A DNA stretch of 55,692 bases, counting the filler, from Sphacelaria rigidula (lineage: Eukaryota): NCBI GenBank assembly GCA_964200075.2. It is 5 parts of 5 records of this genome, joined end to end, with 100 filler letters (N's around TTAATTAATTAA, not from the genome) between each part and the next. Parts side by side here need not be neighbours in the genome. Positions count along the whole stretch, not along the records: positions 44,637 to 55,692 come from CAXNAA020005464.1; 4 more parts are not named here. The stretch is one strand, 5' to 3'. Of this stretch, positions 50,484 to 55,692 are shown in pieces. The translations under genes and the position numbers were made by a program. The notes beneath the pieces were generated by a model, which did no database searches, had not been told where the DNA came from, and saw nothing but the letters and a program-made list of their open reading frames with translations. The number at the start of each line of letters is the position of its first letter. Position 1 is the first letter of the stretch.

Positions 50484-50802
50484 ATGGTGAGACACCCATG
50501 CGGCAGTGTATAAGCCGTGGCTGTCTCTGGAGGTGGCGATACCAAAAAACGAAGCAACTAATGGGAGACTGCCATCCATGTCCAAGATAACCAGTACCCC
50601 TCAGGCCGAACAATCTTCGCAGCATGTAGCTCACTCTTCATGCGACTGGCCGAACACGTCACGACGCTTCGCGCTTAGTGACCGCGCGAGCCTGGTCCGG
50701 CGAAAACCCAGCGTGCTCCGACCCGGCTTCGTAGGAATGCGAGGTCAAAGGCCATATGACTACGGCATGCAAGATCGTGACTACCCTCCCCCCTCCCCCC
50801 CC
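50484..50802 (+). mobile_element. ~320-bp LINE-tail-related repeat
   Basis: atggtgagacaccc...gtgctccgacccgg...gcaagatcgtgactaccctccccctccccccc. Confidence 0.85.
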
Positions 50803-51509
50803 GTTTATCATGGCGAGCCTATTTGTACCCGATCAATCTTCGAGTTCATCATGAGGGTTTGTGCTTTCAATCACGTCTCCCAAGAGACGTTTACTCGCAT
50901 GGTCTCCCCGACTCGAAGCAGCCTAATCGACGAAGAAGGATATCATGGGGTTCATGACAAGATAACGCTTATCATGTACTGTTTCCGAGTCTCTCCTGAG
51001 CAATTTTTCGGTAGCATGGCCAAGCACCAGGGCTACTTTTGTTTTTCTTCTTGTGGGATGACCCTCATAACGTTGCTCGAGCTTGCAGCTTGGACTTCAC
51101 TTGTCCATTCATTATTGTAAAAAATATCGATGTATATATCACGTTACCGAGCGTAGACGTCACTAATGCGCTCGAGTTAAGACCGCTCCTTAGGGTTTGT
51201 ATTTTTGGGGGGTCGTGCTTTCCACTTTTGGGACGTTTGACGCCTGTTTTGGTTCCCAAACAGGGAAGAATGTTGCCATCATATGCCTTGGGAACTTTGC
51301 ACCACCCCACTGAGAGGAGTTCAGACCCCTTTTCTGGTTCGCTTGGCTTCGAGGTTTCGAGAACGATCTCCGGAAAAAAATCCGGCTGGCAAAAAAAAGT
51401 CCTTCACAAAACTCCAGACACCGCCTTGTTTTTCCAGCCGGATATGTGGTCAGAGGTCGCTCTCGAAACCTCGATGCCAAGCGAATGAAAAGTGGGCTAA
51501 ATTTTTCCC

Positions 51510-51567
51510 GGGGGGCGGGGGGGGGCGTACTCATTTGTTGCTTGCCTTAGTCGTTTGACCATTGACC
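51510..51567 (-). mobile_element. Extreme 3' LINE fragment between G-runs
   Basis: gggggcggggggggg-cgtactcatttgttgcttgccttagtcgtttgaccattgac, with another G-run at about 51585. Confidence 0.85.
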
Positions 51568-51799
51568 ACGACTAAGACTAAGGCGGGGGGGGGAAATGTC
51601 CAAGACGTGCGATGGCGATATTCTTTGTTTGGGCAAGGCTGAACACACCACAGTACGCAGCGACAACTATTATATAACAGCACATCAAAGGGGCGTGGGT
51701 GTATTTGTGCTGCAGTGCTGTAAAACATGACATGTCCCACAGTTTACTTCTTTATACCCAATTGTGACCGGCTCATCAAAAATTTGGTCGGGCGTTCAA

Positions 51800-53400
51800 A
51801 AATTGGGTGCTTTCGATTTGAACGGGTCCCGTGAGAGAGATCATTTCCCTTGACAAGAAAATGGTGAAAAACATATACAGCTTGGGATTTGGAACGCCGA
51901 TGAAACTCGTCGGATTGACTCGATTTGATATCTAAAATCTGGACTCCACTGAAGGGCCACGACATCGATTTGCAGCCCAAAGGGTACAAGGCAACAAGAC
52001 AACAATTCATATCTTTACCAGCTTTTGAAGGCTTTGTGCCTGCTGGTGGTGATCATTGTCCGCCAGCTGAGCAATGCTACGGTAGGGTTGCACTTTTTGC
52101 GCGAAATCTTGTCTGGTTCAGGAGCTCTCAAAGATTATATTTGCCCAAGAATATGGGTCAGGGCACCACCGTTTGCAAATTCATTCGGGACATCCCCGGC
52201 ACATTCGAATAGTAGTCCTGGCGTACTCTCACATTCCATAAGTCGTGTATTGGATGAGATTGAGGGCTCCTAACAATTCTAACCTCAGAAAATATTTGTG
52301 CACCCCTACCGTGGCATCCCTCAGCTGCTCCACTTTGCGGCATGTGCGGAGCTTGCTTCTTCGCGATTGATCCCGTTCTACTGTAGGACATACATGTATA
52401 CTGATGGTTGAATTGGATTACTCCGCCGTACCGGCTCAGCGCTATTAACGCCGGAGCGAGTAAATGGCGGCATGCAAATAAATAAAAAGAGCACGAGAGC
52501 AATTGGATCAAGCACGGTGATCAATTTTTTTTTTGTGGATTGAAACCTATTTTGCGCCTGAAGAGTGTTTTGTCACTACTGTTCATCCATCCACTCACTG
52601 TAAAAAACCACCGAAAAACAAACATGAGCTAAATCGCCAGTTTCACCAAGATTGGAACACAATACACGCCAAGGTGGACCTCATGTCCGACACACTCACG
52701 TCTCACCAACTCTTCCCACATACAGTAATGAACGCACCCCCATCGAACCCACCTGAACCCTAACGTATCACATGCCCTCCACTGACTCACATCACCCACA
52801 AGGACCCCCACTTTCCCGTCAACTGAATTCCCTTCCTTGTCACCATCCATCACCCGCCGCAATGCACCATGTAAGTTTTTGTCCTTTTGTTGTCCATTTT
52901 TTTTCATATTTCTATCGATAGACTCAGTCAAACAGCCTTGTACGATGACTCGCCCACCGCTTTTTACGAAAAAATCAAATCGACCAACCTAATATTTCCG
53001 CTACATACAGCAGAGCCATGCCATGCATCATTCGGAACATATAACCATGCTTGCCCTCGCACCCACTGACGAGAGGGGGGGGGGGGTCATCAAAAACAGC
53101 CCCGCGCCAGTTTGTATTTCTGTTTTGATCCTCTTCACTGCAGTATATTTGTAAAAAAAACAACGTTACAGCATGCCTGTCAACCCTTCTATCTCGATGT
53201 TCTTCCTCCGCGCCGAACATGGTGGGGAACAAGCAAGAAGAGTGTGGAGAGCACGGTTCTCATTTTCCCGAAGTTCGATAACTCTGGTCCCCAAGCTACT
53301 TGCACAAGGGGTTTTGCCCCCATTCATCGGGCAGCATGCTGTAACTGACCCGGTTCCGAGGAAATACTGTTCTCTCGACGCAAGTAACCTGTATGTCCTT
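51800..53400 (-). mobile_element. Possible very old RTE-like LINE remnant
   Basis: Faint motif order: ...RALHTLLAC..., HGMALLYVAEILG (like WGMLYADDAG), VHLGVY (like VYLG). Confidence 0.25.
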
Positions 53401-54566
53401 CACACTACATCCACGAACCCAGACTCTACGGCTAGGGCATGACCAACGCGCCCGCGTAGCCAGTCTTACATGGAAGGATAGTGTTGTCAGAAGGACACGT
53501 CGTAAAGTCTGGCCTTGTAATATAGCAGCGCTCTCCTCCCCCCTCCCCGACTCAACAACAGAAGCACGAGTGCATGGTGAACTGCAATAATGCAAGCTTC
53601 AAGAAACCAACAAACGTTCCACACACCCGGAGAATAATCGAATCGCATACGCAACACTACTTCGAAAGCAGGGGCTCTCGCCTAGAAGCGTTCAAAGGAG
53701 CGCTTCTTCCCGAACACAAAAAGAGACGCTATTTTGTATAGCGACACGCACAACAGACGTCCCACGATCTAACATAGATGTTGAATAAATCGTAAAAACG
53801 GAATACTTCTGGAGAATGACTGATTCGTAGAAGGAATAATATTCCGAGAATTCAGGGTACGTGGTTATCGAAGGGAAGCACAGATACACGAATGAATGCG
53901 AAAAGAGACATCGCGTTTCTCATTTTTGCTTCATCTTGAATGAAATAAACATGAGCAGCTGGCATATCAGACACAAGAGCCGATTTTTGCCACCTTGAAA
54001 ATCATACAAAATCATCCTATCAGTAACACTGGAAAATCACACGCCGAGAGTTGGTGTCGTCCTCGCACTATAGTACACAGGTGTGGACCAATTCGCTGAC
54101 ATGAGCCCGTCATTTTCAGCCAACAGTAGTACAGTAGTACAGTAGGATTGATATGGCACACGTACCATACAACACACGTCATCACCAAAAAAAAAAGAGA
54201 CCCGAAGCAAGATACAAAGCCATCAAATCATAAAATTGAAAAAAGCATAACATAAAAAAACGAGCAAGAGTGCTACTAATACTCTTCATCATCATAACTT
54301 GGTACAGTATCTACTATAAAGGAAAAAAAGAAAGAGGAGAGGTGTACTGGAGGGGGACGATAACGACGACGGCGACGACGACAAAAAACGAATAAAAAAT
54401 AAAATGAACAAACGCAACACATCACAACACATCACAACACAACACAACACAACACAACACAACACAACGGTTCCTTCATCTCACACTTTTGCTGTGATTC
54501 GTGCCTTGTCTTCATTATCTCCTTCAGTGTTTTTATACATTCTACACCCGACAGAAAAATCCTCCT

Positions 54567-54821
54567 TCAACTCGGGTGAAGGTGGGGTGGGCTGCTACTA
54601 CTCACACTAGTCATTCCTCCTTGACCATCACGCCGTGCAGGTGGAACATACTCCGACAGGTCGAGCGGGGGAGGCGAAGCTTTTCCCCAGCCACCACCGC
54701 TACCACCGCCGCCCCCGCTGCTGCCATGCAGACTGCAGGGTAGGCGCTGGCTACTGGTCACAGGCGAGGGGGCGCAGTTGACCAGCTTGTCGTAATCGAT
54801 GTCCATCTCTCTCAACTCAGC
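54567..54821 (-). CDS. Probable terminal exon of an unidentified protein-coding gene
   Basis: ccctgcag|AELREMDIDYDKLVNCAPSP...GGGGGSGGG...HLHPS*. GC-rich codons, followed by an AT-rich UTR-like tract. Confidence 0.65.
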   Translation of the reverse strand, partial: AELREMDIDYDKLVNCAPSPVTSSQRLPCSLHGSSGGGGGSGGGWGKASPPPLDLSEYVPPARRDGQGGMTSVSSSSPPHLHPS

Positions 54822-55080
54822 CTGCAGGGACTTGGAGTTTATTGGGTTCCACCTGGCACATCGGCGCGAGAGGGAGGAAGAAACGGTTTGGATACAGTAC
54901 AGTAGCGCGCGTACATGATTTTTTGTCTGTTTCTCCATGTGCCGCAGTAGACAGGCAGGAACCCTTGCCACGTACTGCGCCATCTCTAGTATCGTACAGC
55001 GCGATTGACCATCGCGGCGGTTGCGATTCGCTTCCCGCCCTCCTCTCAGCAGTAGAGTTAACCGGCGTTGGGCTACGAAG

Positions 55081-55348
55081 TCCATGGTTGACACATCACT
55101 TGATTCGATTGTGTACAATGAGAATTGGATCTTTAGTACGGCTGACAGTCCCGTGTGCTCCTGGCGTGCGCAGAACGCGTTTTCGTTGAAATCGGCGCCA
55201 AAGAGGGCCGATATGGGGTCCACTAAGGCCGCACTTTGCCTAGAGAATACCATGCACCGCCCTTACCCAAGGGTTCTCGGTATGCGTTGAGTTGGGGTTA
55301 GGGTTAGGGTTAGGGGTAGCGATGCTTGTAAAATGTGTCAACCATGTA
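55081..55348. mobile_element. MITE with CATGGTTGACACAT TIRs containing (TTAGGG)3
   Basis: tccatggttgacacat...ttagggttagggttaggg...atgtgtcaaccatg. Family members lie at 36602-36807 and 25140-25355. Confidence 0.75.
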
Positions 55349-55692
55349 TATTTGTAGCCCGACGCTGGTTAACAAACCTTCCTCTCAGGGTCTGCCCTCA
55401 ATCATACCTGTGAAGATGCCCAATTCGGTGTGCAGGTGGGCACCAAGGCAGGGTATACTCCCCCCTTCCCCCTGCTAGACGCGACCAGACTCGTGAAGCA
55501 TCAAATTCGGTAATTCACGTGTTGAAACAAAGTTCCTGGTGCCGGAGCAAGGGTTCACATTGTTCGCGAGACTCCGGTACGAGTTGAAAGCTAGTCAGAA
55601 AATCGAATTAATGGGGGGGGGGGGGGGGGGGGGGATTAATTTTTTGTTTGCGGTGTTGTTTGCCTATTCCCCCCCCCTCCCTTCCGACGCGG

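Noticed and set aside
54567-54821. Joining this exon to the Tic62-like gene
   Set aside because: It ends in a stop codon and lies on an unlinked contig.
55298-55316. Telomere or chromosome-fusion relic
   Set aside because: Only three units, and they lie inside a TIR-bounded MITE.

Overview
Eukaryotic, repeat-rich genomic DNA, most likely from a brown alga (Phaeophyceae). This is inferred from the TE families, the short GC-rich exons in multi-kb introns and a plastid Tic62-like gene. The window is not one locus. It is five unlinked contigs sorted by size (11060, 11059, 11059, 11058 and 11056 bp), joined by artificial 100-nt N44-TTAATTAATTAA-N44 linkers. Contig 1 is a nest of degenerate LTR retrotransposons: two Ty3/Gypsy pol remnants, a Ty1/Copia gag-protease remnant, and a gag-only LTR element with 70-aa tandem repeats. 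Contig 2 carries a near-complete but mutated APE-RT-CCHC LINE. Contig 3 has two exons of a TKL-type kinase, contig 4 has three exons of a Tic62-like NAD(P)-binding protein, and contig 5 has one terminal exon. Many SINEs and MITE/foldback elements fill the rest. The main observations are: (i) a LINE family and a ~320-bp non-tRNA element that share a homologous 3' end and both end in C-rich tracts instead of poly(A), suggesting an oligo-C-tailed or oligo-C-targeting retroposon pair; (ii) a 25-bp palindromic micro-insertion with a 4-bp TSD, made of two LTR 5' ends, whose removal restores a gag reading frame; (iii) the gag-only element with coding tandem repeats.
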